Source of the DNA: Escherichia phage vB_EcoM_NBG1
Length of the DNA: 64,000 bases
Sequence record: MH243438.1
Reading direction: 5' to 3' (one strand)
This document shows positions 38,425 to 47,631 of this stretch, piece by piece (within the stretch, counting starts at the first letter, position 1; the number at the start of each line of letters is the position of its first letter). A program made the position numbers and the translations under genes. Under the pieces are notes generated by a model, which saw only the letters and a list, made by a program, of their open reading frames with translations, was not told where the DNA came from and did not search any database.

Positions 38425-38653
38425 TACACGCTTCAGCCATTTTAAGAATAGAGCCGGGAGTATCGTTGTCCATTATATTAAAGCTAAATTCAATAGCCCA
38501 GTCGGTGCAGACATGAACTGCTTTAACTTCATTGCCTTCAACGCGTAATGGCTCAATCCAATACTTGATGGTGTTCTCGAATCCATCATCATCTTTAACG
38601 TCTATTTCAACTTCAAGCCCGAGCCCAGCATTGTTAAATTCATCTAAAGTCAT
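38396..38653 (-). CDS. hypothetical protein
   Basis: 85-aa acidic ORF. Confidence 0.55.
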   Translation of the reverse strand: MTLDEFNNAGLGLEVEIDVKDDDGFENTIKYWIEPLRVEGNEVKAVHVCTDWAIEFSFNIMDNDTPGSILKMAEACIEDAYNDED

Positions 38654-39669
38654 TGTGTTGCCTCAATATAAAGTTCGTTGGAATATTTGACCAGCGCTTC
38701 TCTGTCTTCGTCTGAGATATCTGGAATCGCGTCAATATATTCTTTAATGATATCTTGAAGTGATTTAATCTCGATTTCCTGGTCATCATCAGATTCAACA
38801 CTGTTATCAACTTTAGAAACCATACGAAGAGAGTGAACTACTTTTTCAAGTTCAGATTCAAACTTAGTCAACTCTGAATCAATTTCTGATACTATAACAC
38901 GTACGGCTAGATTAGTATAATCAGAATAATTAATTTTGCCTTTAAACGGATAAGTGATTCGTCGATGCCATGTTGTTTCATTAGGAATAAATTCCATACG
39001 TTCAACATCAGTGTCAAATACCCAGAATCCGCGCGGGTCGTTCTCGTCACCTGCAGTAAGGGTCCATGGTGTCCCAATATATTTGACGTTAGCAGCTTCA
39101 GAGATTGTGTGGAAGTGGCCAGACCAGACTTGTTTATAGGTCTTTAAGAAATCAGGTTCAAGCCCATGAGACTTCATTCCTTTATAGAAATAAAAGCCAT
39201 TCAGTTCCCAGTGCCCAACACAATACGCTGCGGAAGAAGTCTTGATGTGCTCTAAGATTTCACCTGTATTTTCTTCACACATCCATGGAACGATATCAAT
39301 CAGACATCCGTCAAAATCTACAGTAGTCGGATGCTCGTAAATAGTAAAGTTTTCAAATTGAGTTAACAATTCAGAAACAGTGTTAGGTGTTATTGTATTC
39401 TTAAACGCCATGTCATGGTTTCCTATCGTGACATGAACGTGAATGCCTGCTTTAGAAATCATATCAACGATTTCACGATTGAATTCCATTGTACGATGTG
39501 TTATTGCTTTACGGACGTCAAACCAATCGCCGTACTGAATCCAAGTTTTAATCCCGTGTTTCTTAGAGTATTCAATTGCTTGACGAATACCATCACGTTG
39601 AATATCTTGAACCCATGGGTCGTCTTGTTTGACTCCGATATGGAAGTCGCCTAAGTGCAAAATTTTCAT
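38650..39669 (-). CDS. 47: recombination endonuclease subunit (Mre11/SbcD-like nuclease)
   Basis: 339 aa; phosphoesterase motifs LHLGDFHIG, GNHD; T4 gp47 size. Confidence 0.9.
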   Translation of the reverse strand: MKILHLGDFHIGVKQDDPWVQDIQRDGIRQAIEYSKKHGIKTWIQYGDWFDVRKAITHRTMEFNREIVDMISKAGIHVHVTIGNHDMAFKNTITPNTVSELLTQFENFTIYEHPTTVDFDGCLIDIVPWMCEENTGEILEHIKTSSAAYCVGHWELNGFYFYKGMKSHGLEPDFLKTYKQVWSGHFHTISEAANVKYIGTPWTLTAGDENDPRGFWVFDTDVERMEFIPNETTWHRRITYPFKGKINYSDYTNLAVRVIVSEIDSELTKFESELEKVVHSLRMVSKVDNSVESDDDQEIEIKSLQDIIKEYIDAIPDISDEDREALVKYSNELYIEATQ

Positions 39670-39710
39670 ATTATTTCCTCATTAGTTAATTCATTCTATC
39701 ATCCGTTTAT

Positions 39711-39740
39711 AAAGCAAAAAAGGAACTCCGAAGAGTTCCT
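39711..39740 (-). terminator. intrinsic terminator upstream of gene 47
   Basis: minus RNA AGGAACUC-UUCG-GAGUUCCU followed by UUUUUUGCUUU. Confidence 0.6.
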
Positions 39741-39912
39741 ATCCACATAGTACACCGTACAGAGGCTCATTTGAACTTTTAAATCGAATGGGCTTGTATG
39801 TAATAGTTCCTTCGGCTTTAGCTTTATCATAAGACTCTTTAAAACGTCTCATTCTTTCTGCTTTGCCTTTACGGATTTTATCGAAATTTTCAGAAGTCGG
39901 GATGTTCGTCAT
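39739..39912 (-). CDS. small basic protein (57 aa)
   Basis: manually translated MTNIPTSENFDKIRKGKAERMRRFKESYDKAKAEG..; SD GAGAGGTG; stop lies in the terminator hairpin. Confidence 0.35.
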   Translation of the reverse strand: MTNIPTSENFDKIRKGKAERMRRFKESYDKAKAEGTITYKPIRFKSSNEPLYGVLCG

Positions 39913-39951
39913 GCATAAGCACCTCTCAGAAAATGCCTAAATCAATTTCTC

Positions 39952-40173
39952 TCATCGTTTCCACCATTTCTTAACTTGAAATGAATCAACCCACACGAGT
40001 TGTTTTGGGTCTGCCTTTACAATAGGCGGACAAATTTCTGTAATAGAACCGTCGTGATATTCCTTTTCAGAAATTTTAACACAAAGAGGACCTCCCAATT
40101 TAAGGGTGAACCCTGCGTTCAGCTTCAGACGTTTAAACTTTGTTTGAACTAGCGCCATTAATGATGTCCTCAA
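39952..40173 (-). CDS. hypothetical protein
   Basis: 73-aa ORF. Confidence 0.45.
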   Translation of the reverse strand: MRTSLMALVQTKFKRLKLNAGFTLKLGGPLCVKISEKEYHDGSITEICPPIVKADPKQLVWVDSFQVKKWWKR

Positions 40174-40456
40174 TAGCCTGACGAGTAGTAACCCACTGGA
40201 TTTTAATTAACTTGTCATTGTATGGTTGTCGTAGAATATCCCGAGATTTCTTAATAGCATATTCGTAAGCTTCGAAGTTGTTTTGAATTGCTGCTTCTTG
40301 AGCATGAGCATAAAGACGGTTTAGTTCAAAACGATTCTTTTTAAGAATCTTTTCGGATTTTTTACGTGCTTCAGCTTCATTTTTCTTTTGGATTTCTTGT
40401 AGCATTTTAGCTACTGCATCTTCTGCTTCTTTATTTTCAATAATCTCGGTAGTCAT
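40133..40456 (-). CDS. hypothetical protein
   Basis: 107-aa ORF, predicted helical. Confidence 0.5.
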   Translation of the reverse strand: MTTEIIENKEAEDAVAKMLQEIQKKNEAEARKKSEKILKKNRFELNRLYAHAQEAAIQNNFEAYEYAIKKSRDILRQPYNDKLIKIQWVTTRQAIEDIINGASSNKV

Positions 40457-40457
40457 A

Positions 40458-40673
40458 TTATCTCATTAAATTAAAATAAAAACGTCCATCCTCTTCAATA
40501 CAGAACTCATATTCAACTGGAGTCCCGTTTATCGAAAATGACACGTCATGTGGGTTCAAAGGGTCGATGTCAAAATTAATTTTAAATTCACGACCCAACA
40601 GTTTTACCAAATAAGGGATTGCTTCGTCAAAAGGTTCTTCTAAGTAGTTAGAGATGTCAATTGTCATCCTCAT
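40458..40673 (-). CDS. hypothetical protein
   Basis: about 71 aa from an internal ATG; the ORF-track 5' extension overlaps the gene 55 3' end. Confidence 0.4.
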   Translation of the reverse strand: MRMTIDISNYLEEPFDEAIPYLVKLLGREFKINFDIDPLNPHDVSFSINGTPVEYEFCIEEDGRFYFNLMR

Positions 40674-41214
40674 ATAAAAAATCCAAACTAGGCGAATCGC
40701 TAACAACTTCCTTCTTTTCAGCCCCAGGAGCTTTATAAGCGGATTCTTCATAATGCGTCATTTTATCGTAGATGTCTTGAATAAACGTTTCATCTACCAA
40801 CGCTACCATATCATCGTCATGACTGTCGTAGACATTATGAACGAAGTAACTATATTTCTTTGCAACTTCCTTACGTTCTTTTTTGATACGTTGGACAAAA
40901 GCATTAAAACAAGCTCGAGTTATGTATGCATGTGGGTTATTGTACTTAGTTTCGTCGAAATTATGAAGTCCCTTAATAGAGGCTTCAATCCCATCTGCAA
41001 TCATCTCCTGCTTCCAAGACTGGGTATATCCTGAAAAGTTGAAACGTTTGGACAGGCCTTCGGCGATAAGCATAATTGCTAAACCGATAGTATCATTCTG
41101 ACGAATAATTTTGTTTGGGTCTTTATTATTTAAGAGCTCCTTTTTCCACTCGATTATAGCGGCGAGAAGCTCTTTATTATTCACATAGTTATTTTTAGGT
41201 TTTTGTTCAGTCAT
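40657..41214 (-). CDS. 55: late sigma factor gp55
   Basis: 185 aa from [17 protein letters not shown]; long stretches match remembered T4 gp55 ([45 protein letters not shown]). Confidence 0.9.
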   Translation of the reverse strand: MTEQKPKNNYVNNKELLAAIIEWKKELLNNKDPNKIIRQNDTIGLAIMLIAEGLSKRFNFSGYTQSWKQEMIADGIEASIKGLHNFDETKYNNPHAYITRACFNAFVQRIKKERKEVAKKYSYFVHNVYDSHDDDMVALVDETFIQDIYDKMTHYEESAYKAPGAEKKEVVSDSPSLDFLYEDDN

Positions 41215-41286
41215 AAGTACCTCTTGGCTCAATTCATAGGTCTATTATATCATAATATTTAGAGACCTATCTTAAAGCACGAGATA

Positions 41287-41556
41287 CTATCGGAGCAAAC
41301 AATAAGCCTGAAACACTTTTTCCATTAAACGTTTGAACTCATGGATATCGATATAAAGCTCAGTAAGACCGGCATTATAAAGAAAATCTAAAAAGTTCTC
41401 ATGTGTTTCGTTATAGTCGCCTTCGTTTAATTGAGATACATGAGTTTCCCAAAAACCAACACCTTTAACGAATGGAAAATACGTGACTTTCATGTATTCG
41501 TCAACATAAAATTCGCCCAGCTTTTCTTCAGTTATACTGATTCGAGTTAATTTCAT
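41287..41556 (-). CDS. hypothetical protein
   Basis: 89-aa ORF. Confidence 0.55.
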   Translation of the reverse strand: MKLTRISITEEKLGEFYVDEYMKVTYFPFVKGVGFWETHVSQLNEGDYNETHENFLDFLYNAGLTELYIDIHEFKRLMEKVFQAYCLLR

Positions 41557-41780
41557 TCTAGTTCCTTTGCTGCTTCAAGAGCAGCATCCAGCGAATCAAA
41601 TTGGTCAACGAAATCAATATTCAACGCATCGTCAACCGTAGCATATAACCACCATTGTTTGAATTCGTATTCTAGAATAAATCCAGGACCTTCAATCTGA
41701 GGAAGACCTAGACTATTTGTACCAACTTCGTAACCAGCTAGACGCAGGTCATTAATCAAAGTTTCTGTTAATACGCTCAT
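41553..41780 (-). CDS. hypothetical protein
   Basis: 75-aa acidic ORF. Confidence 0.55.
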   Translation of the reverse strand: MSVLTETLINDLRLAGYEVGTNSLGLPQIEGPGFILEYEFKQWWLYATVDDALNIDFVDQFDSLDAALEAAKELE

Positions 41781-42109
41781 TTTACCGCCTTAACAATTTT
41801 AAGGTCAACGAATTTTTTCTTACGTTGATTTTTCATACGACGGATAGTCTTTTCAGAGATTTCATGTTTCTGATAAGCTTTAGATTCAACACCAAATGCA
41901 GCAACGTCAAATTCAGAAAGAATATATTGTACTAGAATTTCACGAATAGAATTACGTCCAATTTTCTGGTCGTGTTTTTGCATGATTTCATAAAGACGGA
42001 ATTCCCACGCATCAAGAACTTGAGGAGTAACAATATTGCCAGATTCCAGAAGAGCAACAACTTTATCGAAAGCGAAAGAATTAACTACGTTTTTGATTTT
42101 AGTAGACAT
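41777..42109 (-). CDS. hypothetical protein
   Basis: 110 aa from ATG 42109 (MSTKIKNVVNS..) with SD GAGGAAAA. Confidence 0.55.
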   Translation of the reverse strand: MSTKIKNVVNSFAFDKVVALLESGNIVTPQVLDAWEFRLYEIMQKHDQKIGRNSIREILVQYILSEFDVAAFGVESKAYQKHEISEKTIRRMKNQRKKKFVDLKIVKAVK

Positions 42110-42175
42110 ATTATTTTCCTCGGTTATTTTATTATCCAACGAGAGAATTATACTCATCTCTCAAGAGTTTGTATA

Positions 42176-42415
42176 CTATTTTTTAAGCATGAAAAGTAAG
42201 TAATTTGTATCACGTGGAGTAATATCAACACCCATATCAAAGATGCCTTTATAGATTGGGTATTTGTTTTCGGTTGTATCGAAGCTGAAACTATTTCCAT
42301 CACATCTAACAGTAATAGCATCTGTTAAAATGTCATACTCAATCCTAACAATTGAATCCCCAATTTTAACGTCGAGGTGTTTTTTGAATTTGATAAAATC
42401 TAATTCTTGGGCCAT
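42176..42415 (-). CDS. hypothetical protein
   Basis: 79-aa ORF. Confidence 0.55.
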   Translation of the reverse strand: MAQELDFIKFKKHLDVKIGDSIVRIEYDILTDAITVRCDGNSFSFDTTENKYPIYKGIFDMGVDITPRDTNYLLFMLKK

Positions 42416-42478
42416 GATATTTTCCTCATTTTAAGACGATAGGAAGTCATGTTATTATCTTCCTATCGTTGTACATTA

Positions 42479-42691
42479 TTAACCGAACTTTTTAGCGCCT
42501 TTCCAGCCTTCGTACATAACTGCGCAAGTCAATAGCACGGCATGTTGGCATTCTTTGTATTTGTAAATCCAGAACCAGCGTAAAAAGTCTTCATCCTCAA
42601 CACCGTTGAGTTTCATATTGGCAAAGAATTCGGCACGTTCTTCACGAAGCTTTTGCGATAACATAGATTCAGGATTCATTTTGTGTTCCAC
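42479..42691 (-). CDS. hypothetical protein
   Basis: 70-aa ORF. Confidence 0.5.
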   Translation of the reverse strand: MEHKMNPESMLSQKLREERAEFFANMKLNGVEDEDFLRWFWIYKYKECQHAVLLTCAVMYEGWKGAKKFG

Positions 42692-42810
42692 GCCCCATTT
42701 TCATCGATGAACTTAATCCAGTCATTTACAGACCATTTAGTTGTATCACCCTTTGGATTAACATTTAAAGTATATAATCCCTGCTTAAAAAGCATTCGTT
42801 TGATATTCAT
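42676..42810 (-). CDS. small hypothetical protein
   Basis: 44 aa from ATG 42810 (MNIKRMLFKQGLY..) with SD GAGGAAA. Confidence 0.35.
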   Translation of the reverse strand: MNIKRMLFKQGLYTLNVNPKGDTTKWSVNDWIKFIDENGAWNTK

Positions 42811-42817
42811 AATTTCC

Positions 42818-43111
42818 TCAACTGTAACGATAACATTCGTTAGCTTTACGTTTGGCTTCAGTATGAGAAGTATTATAATCATACTCTTCTTTACTGTAAA
42901 CATCTTTTTTCAACTTACGAACTTCTTTGCGGAGTTGTCGATTCATTTCGTTCTTGACTTCAGAATCAACGCCTTTCATACGTTTCCATTTATCTGAGCG
43001 GAAGATGTTTTCAACCATGTCTTTGTGGCTAACACCGTCAGGAGCTTTACGCTTACCAAAATAGTCGTAATCGCGAACTTTCAAATCTTTACGACGATAT
43101 GTTTTACCCAT
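42818..43111 (-). CDS. lysine/arginine-rich basic protein
   Basis: 97 aa from ATG 43111 (MGKTYRRKDLKVRDYDYFGKRK..), SD GAGG. Confidence 0.5.
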   Translation of the reverse strand: MGKTYRRKDLKVRDYDYFGKRKAPDGVSHKDMVENIFRSDKWKRMKGVDSEVKNEMNRQLRKEVRKLKKDVYSKEEYDYNTSHTEAKRKANECYRYS

Positions 43112-43118
43112 AAGTACC

Positions 43119-43367
43119 TCAGAGGTTGATTGATACAACGCGTTTGATAAAATTCACTTCACTTACTGAAAGGTCTTTAAGACCGATTGATTCTAAACGC
43201 TGAGTAAGCGTCAACATCGGGATATAATCCCAATGAGTTTTATTTGCTTGATAAGTACGAACGCCATTAGCAATTTCAACATGCAAATCGGAAATGGTAA
43301 CGAATACCGGACGTTCGTCATTAACTTTAAGGGTTAGAACAACTTTCTTTGAATCTAAACTAATCAT
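43119..43367 (-). CDS. hypothetical protein
   Basis: 82-aa ORF. Confidence 0.55.
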   Translation of the reverse strand: MISLDSKKVVLTLKVNDERPVFVTISDLHVEIANGVRTYQANKTHWDYIPMLTLTQRLESIGLKDLSVSEVNFIKRVVSINL

Positions 43368-43546
43368 GACTTAATTTCCTTCGCAATTGAACAGAAGATA
43401 CCACGGTCACAAAGCATTTCACCAATTTCTGGATATTTGATTGAACGGTACCAAACATCCAGGCTTGAAACTTTGGTTATCTGTATTGCATTACCGTTGA
43501 CAGAATAGTACTGGTCAACCTTAATTTCTTTATCTTCAATTGTCAT
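43364..43546 (-). CDS. hypothetical protein
   Basis: 60-aa ORF, first gene after the terminator at 43677-43706. Confidence 0.5.
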   Translation of the reverse strand: MTIEDKEIKVDQYYSVNGNAIQITKVSSLDVWYRSIKYPEIGEMLCDRGIFCSIAKEIKS

Positions 43547-43576
43547 TTTATTTTCCTCTATAGTAAGATGGTGTTA

Positions 43577-43605
43577 ATCTTAACATATCTATCGAGGATG
43601 TAAAC
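43577..43605 (-). promoter_or_regulatory. early promoter (GTTTACA-N16-TAAGAT)
   Basis: first promoter after the terminator at 43677-43706, upstream of gene 43364-43546. Confidence 0.4.
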
Positions 43606-43676
43606 TGGTTTTATGAAAATATTTTTGATTTGAGAGGGGCACAAGGAGATAGTGAAGTGAAGATTCCAATGGATTA

Positions 43677-43706
43677 TATTAGAAATGAGATAAAGAAGAC
43701 CAGGCG
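43677..43706 (-). terminator. intrinsic terminator after nrdH-like gene
   Basis: GC-rich 7-bp stem GACCAGG-UGCCG-CCUGGUC followed by UUCUUUAUCU on minus strand. Confidence 0.6.
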
Positions 43707-43714
43707 GCACCTGG

Positions 43715-44038
43715 TCAATCTTCTATGATATCGGAGTCATATCCTAATGAAATCAAGGACTTTTTAAACTCTGCAATATTCTTTTGTTTCTTATCATTTA
43801 AAAATATGACAGGATAACGAATATTAAGTGAAGTGAATCCTGCACGTTTAGCAAGAGATACGATTAAAGGACGGTCATATTCAATCTTACCATTATTAGT
43901 GAGGACTTTATAAAATGTATAAGGAGCATTGAGCTCCTTTAAAAGTTTTGTAACAGCATAACATCCTGGACAACGTCCTACTTCTTCAGGGATGCCATAG
44001 ATTTCAATCTTGTTCTTTAAGTTCGAGTTTTGTTCCAC
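43715..44038 (-). CDS. nrdH: glutaredoxin-like protein NrdH-like
   Basis: redox motif CPGC in KIEIYGIPEEVGRCPGCYAV; probable GTG start at 44038 with AAGGAA SD; ORF-track N-terminal extension overlaps the upstream gene. Confidence 0.5.
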   Translation of the reverse strand: MEQNSNLKNKIEIYGIPEEVGRCPGCYAVTKLLKELNAPYTFYKVLTNNGKIEYDRPLIVSLAKRAGFTSLNIRYPVIFLNDKKQKNIAEFKKSLISLGYDSDIIED

Positions 44039-44321
44039 GAGAAATAATTCCTTGGTAAGCCCAATAAGGAGGATTAACAGAATCCTCACCAGAGTTTTCT
44101 TCAGGAAAATAAACCTGGATAACAAATCCAGACTCATCAAAGGTAAAATAAACCGTAGGCAGTTCACCTAACAAATCGGCACGAGCGTTGATTTCTTCGA
44201 GGTCTTGTTCACGTCCAGCCCAAAAACTAGGATTTAGATTACATTCGTAAAAATAATAGTCATTACCGAACATATCAAACCCCTTCCAACTCTCTACCAC
44301 ATACCGCTCAAAACTAATCAT
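44004..44321 (-). CDS. hypothetical protein
   Basis: 105-aa acidic ORF. Confidence 0.55.
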   Translation of the reverse strand: MISFERYVVESWKGFDMFGNDYYFYECNLNPSFWAGREQDLEEINARADLLGELPTVYFTFDESGFVIQVYFPEENSGEDSVNPPYWAYQGIISRGTKLELKEQD

Positions 44322-44323
44322 AA

Positions 44324-44539
44324 TTAAGCCTTTTTATCAAGAACAGAATTCAGTTTATTAGTAATTTTGTCCAAACGTTCATTGAATTCGCTGGAGGATA
44401 AACCCTTTTCCGGAGAAATTAAACTAATCACGAAAAATACACCAGTAAAAGGAATAAGAAAAATAGCTCCAACTGCCATAAACAAAAAGAACGTTACAGT
44501 TGTAAGAAAATCAGCTAAACCTTTACGAAATTTGTACAT
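44324..44539 (-). CDS. small membrane protein
   Basis: 71 aa with one hydrophobic TM segment. Confidence 0.5.
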   Translation of the reverse strand: MYKFRKGLADFLTTVTFFLFMAVGAIFLIPFTGVFFVISLISPEKGLSSSEFNERLDKITNKLNSVLDKKA

Positions 44540-44649
44540 ATTTACCCTTAATTAACTAAGCATTGATAATCATTAAACTATATTGCGAATAAAATTCTGG
44601 ACCAAAACGAAAAATCATATCATTTATAGTATCCATAATGTAATTCAAT

Positions 44650-45120
44650 TTAATCATGTTTCCACACCCCATCGGTATTTGACCAAAGTCGCTGATTATC
44701 TGATCCTCGCCACAGCTTTTTGGTCGGAAGATTTTTCTCATACTTCCCATCAATAATAACATCAACATATTTAAGCATTTCTAGTTGTTTAATATCTTCA
44801 AACTTATATCCTGTCCACAACCAAATGCTTTTACTGGGATAAAGATTTTTAATAGTTTGAACCACAGAGTGAATCACATCTCGGTTATCAGGATAGAGAG
44901 GGTCACCTCCGGTTATAGTCAATCCTTCTATATAATCATTATTCAAACATTCAATTAATTGTTCTAGTGTTTCACCAGTGAATGGAATACCATTTCTAGC
45001 ATTCCATGTTGATTTATTATAACACCCTTCACATTTATGCAAACAACCTGTAACGAAAAGAACGACCCTGCAACCAGGGCCATTCACAAAATCGCAAGGA
45101 TAAAATCTATCATAATTCAT
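44650..45120 (-). CDS. nrdG: anaerobic ribonucleotide reductase activating protein (radical SAM)
   Basis: 156 aa; radical SAM cluster CLHKCEGC; start overlaps nrdD stop. Confidence 0.85.
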   Translation of the reverse strand: MNYDRFYPCDFVNGPGCRVVLFVTGCLHKCEGCYNKSTWNARNGIPFTGETLEQLIECLNNDYIEGLTITGGDPLYPDNRDVIHSVVQTIKNLYPSKSIWLWTGYKFEDIKQLEMLKYVDVIIDGKYEKNLPTKKLWRGSDNQRLWSNTDGVWKHD

Positions 45121-46934
45121 TGGTGTTTAACCCTATGCATGATTTCTTTATTTTTACCGAGATTAAATCCGCGTTCGTTCGGATTTCCCAAATAGCCGCA
45201 TGTTCTTCTTATTGTGTTCATCTTTTTAGGATCAGTTTCTCCACAGATAGAACAAACAAATCCGTTTTCAGTAGGAGTCATTTCATGAGTACTTCCGCAT
45301 GTAAAACATTTATCTACTGGCATATTAACACCAAAATAATCTAAATGTTGTGCAGCATAATCCCACACGGCCTCAAGACCTTTTAAGTTATTTTTCATAT
45401 CAGGAAGTTCAACATAAGAAATGTGACCACCTGTCGCAATGAAATGATATGGCGCTTCACGAGAAATCTTTTCAAACGGAGTAATATTTTCTTCTACTGA
45501 AACGTGGAAACTGTTAGTGTACCAGCCTTTATCGGTAACATATTTTACACTTCCATATTTTTCTGTATCAAGTTTACAGAAGCGGTAACAAAGGTTTTCA
45601 GCAGGAGTCGAATATAAACTAAAAGCAAATCCAGTTCTTTCAGTCCATTGCTTAAGATGAGCATTCATTTTAGTTAAAATTTCTTGTCCAATATCACGAC
45701 CAACAAGAATATTCAATTCGTGAATACCAATGTATCCTAAAGACACTGAACTTCTACCGTTTTTAAATAACTCAATTATGTCGTCATCAGGTTTAAGACG
45801 AACCCCGAATGCACCTTCTTGGTAAAGAATAGGAGCAACAGTCGCTTTAACTCCTTTTAAGGAACTAATTCTACACATCAAAGCTTCAAAACACAGGTCC
45901 ATTCGTTCGTTAAATAGCTCAACAAATTTCTGTTCATTGAACTGTGTTCCAATATAAGAATCTAACGCAATACGAGGAAGATTCAGTGTTACAACACCAA
46001 GATTATTACGTCCATCAAGAATTTCATTACCAGTCGAATCTTTCCATACGCTCAAGAAACTACGGCAACCCATCGGAGAAACAGGAACTGAAGAACCGGT
46101 AATAGCTTTATTATTCTTAACCGAAATAATGTCAGGATACATTCTTTTGCTTGCACATTCTAACGCAAGTTGTTTAATATCATAGTTTGGATCATCTTTA
46201 TAAAGATTAACACCTTCTTCAACAAACATAACAAGCTTAGGGAAAATAGGAGTTATCCCATCACGACCAAGACCTTTAATACGATTTTTCAGAATTGCTT
46301 TCTGAATCATTCGTTCAGTCCAGTCAGTTCCCGTACCAAATGTAATTGTTACAAAAGGCGTTTGCCCGTTTGAACTAAAAAGAGTATTTACTTCATATTC
46401 ATAAGCTTGGAATGCATCGTATACATCTTTTTCTGTTTTAGATTGAGCATAATTCAACGCATCAGCGATTTGCCATTTTTCTGCATCCTCAATATGTTTT
46501 GCATAGGTGCGTTTAACATAAGGAGAAAGTACTTTATCTACATTAGCAAAAGTCGTTCCGCCGTATTGATGGGAAGCAACTTGTGCAGTAATTTGTGCCA
46601 TAACTGCAGTAGCAACACCAATCGATTTAGGCGTTTCAATTTGAGCATTGCCTAATTTAAATCCGTTCTCAAGCATCCCCTTTAAATCGACTAAACAGCA
46701 ATTAGTAAATGGAAGAGCAGGGGAATAATCAATATCGTGGAAATGGATAATTCCGCTTTCGTGTGCTTTCATAATAAAAGACGGGACCATATTTTTGGCA
46801 ATGTGTTTAGACACAATACCAGCCATAAGGTCCCGTTGAGTTGGAAAAACACGAGAATCTTTATTAGCATTCTCGTTTAAAAGGTCTTTATTAGTTTTAT
46901 GAATCAGTCCTTCAATTTCTTTTTCAATTTTCAT
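45117..46934 (-). CDS. nrdD: anaerobic ribonucleoside-triphosphate reductase
   Basis: 605 aa; glycyl radical site RRTCGYLG; C-terminal zinc site CFTCGS..CSICG; uninterrupted ORF (no intron). Confidence 0.92.
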   Translation of the reverse strand: MKIEKEIEGLIHKTNKDLLNENANKDSRVFPTQRDLMAGIVSKHIAKNMVPSFIMKAHESGIIHFHDIDYSPALPFTNCCLVDLKGMLENGFKLGNAQIETPKSIGVATAVMAQITAQVASHQYGGTTFANVDKVLSPYVKRTYAKHIEDAEKWQIADALNYAQSKTEKDVYDAFQAYEYEVNTLFSSNGQTPFVTITFGTGTDWTERMIQKAILKNRIKGLGRDGITPIFPKLVMFVEEGVNLYKDDPNYDIKQLALECASKRMYPDIISVKNNKAITGSSVPVSPMGCRSFLSVWKDSTGNEILDGRNNLGVVTLNLPRIALDSYIGTQFNEQKFVELFNERMDLCFEALMCRISSLKGVKATVAPILYQEGAFGVRLKPDDDIIELFKNGRSSVSLGYIGIHELNILVGRDIGQEILTKMNAHLKQWTERTGFAFSLYSTPAENLCYRFCKLDTEKYGSVKYVTDKGWYTNSFHVSVEENITPFEKISREAPYHFIATGGHISYVELPDMKNNLKGLEAVWDYAAQHLDYFGVNMPVDKCFTCGSTHEMTPTENGFVCSICGETDPKKMNTIRRTCGYLGNPNERGFNLGKNKEIMHRVKHQ

Positions 46935-47404
46935 TTTAAACTCTTTCTAAGCTGCTTTTTGAATGAAGCTATTAATTGTGTTTTAGTATCAGATTCATTA
47001 TATTCAAATCCTCTTTGAAGCATCTCAGCCATCATTTCCTCTTTACCTAGTCTTGAGAACTCTTTAGTTTTGTCTGGAACAAAATTAGGATGGATATTAT
47101 TATCAGAATAATCTTGTTTCAAATAAGCAAGAAGAGCTTCAAGCCATTTGAGGTAGTCGACATCACGACCTTTAAGACCAGAACGGTTGAACTTATGCTT
47201 CATTTGGCCTTCTGCTGCGTTGCACAGATTACAGAGTAACCCACGAACTCTACCTGCTTTTGGCCCGTTTAATTCGTGGTCGTGGTCAAGATGGTTACCT
47301 TGAACATCAGGGTCTAATTCACGGTGGCAAATAGGACACTTACCGTTCTGTGCATCATAAAATTTTTGTTTTTCTTCTTTGTATAATTTGCCAGATAATA
47401 ACAT
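46931..47404 (-). CDS. 49: endonuclease VII (Holliday junction resolvase)
   Basis: 157 aa; CPIC..HLDHDH..CNLCN zinc/His-Me finger motifs; TATAAATA late promoter and SD-sequestering hairpin upstream. Confidence 0.9.
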   Translation of the reverse strand: MLLSGKLYKEEKQKFYDAQNGKCPICHRELDPDVQGNHLDHDHELNGPKAGRVRGLLCNLCNAAEGQMKHKFNRSGLKGRDVDYLKWLEALLAYLKQDYSDNNIHPNFVPDKTKEFSRLGKEEMMAEMLQRGFEYNESDTKTQLIASFKKQLRKSLK

Positions 47405-47409
47405 AATAA

Positions 47410-47440
47410 ACCCTTACCATATTAGATAAGGGTATTTATA
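47410..47440 (-). promoter_or_regulatory. late promoter TATAAATA plus SD-sequestering hairpin upstream of gene 49
   Basis: TATAAATA at 47433-47440; inverted repeat ACCCTTA/TAAGGGT (47410-47433) with the gene 49 SD AAGGG in the 3' arm. Confidence 0.6.
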
Positions 47441-47442
47441 AT

Positions 47443-47622
47443 TTAATAAATGTTATAAAAGTCACGATGGAAACGTTTGTATTGACGAATCATTCTTTTA
47501 GTAGGACGTGTTACCGAAATGATTGAAGTCCTCATGTTCGGATTGTTTGGAGCACCAATTATAACAAATTTCCAAGATTTTTGGCCGTTTGTTCTTTCGC
47601 CAAAAAATAATGCAGTTTTCAT
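47443..47622 (-). CDS. small basic protein, paralog 1
   Basis: 59 aa (MKTALFFGERTNGQKSWKFVIIGAP..VTRPTKRMIRQYKRFHRDFYNIY) by manual translation; shares RPTKR..FY..Y with ORF 48047-48217. Confidence 0.4.
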   Translation of the reverse strand: MKTALFFGERTNGQKSWKFVIIGAPNNPNMRTSIISVTRPTKRMIRQYKRFHRDFYNIY

Positions 47623-47631
47623 AATAAGCCC

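Noticed and set aside
44556-44768. 70-aa ORF overlapping the 3' end of nrdG
   Set aside because: Overlaps the nrdG coding region by about 120 nt in another frame, with no SD; probably spurious
45117-46934. group I intron or homing endonuclease interrupting nrdD (as in T4) or other core genes
   Set aside because: nrdD, gene 43 and the topoisomerase gene are single uninterrupted ORFs; no GIY-YIG/HNH endonuclease ORFs recognised
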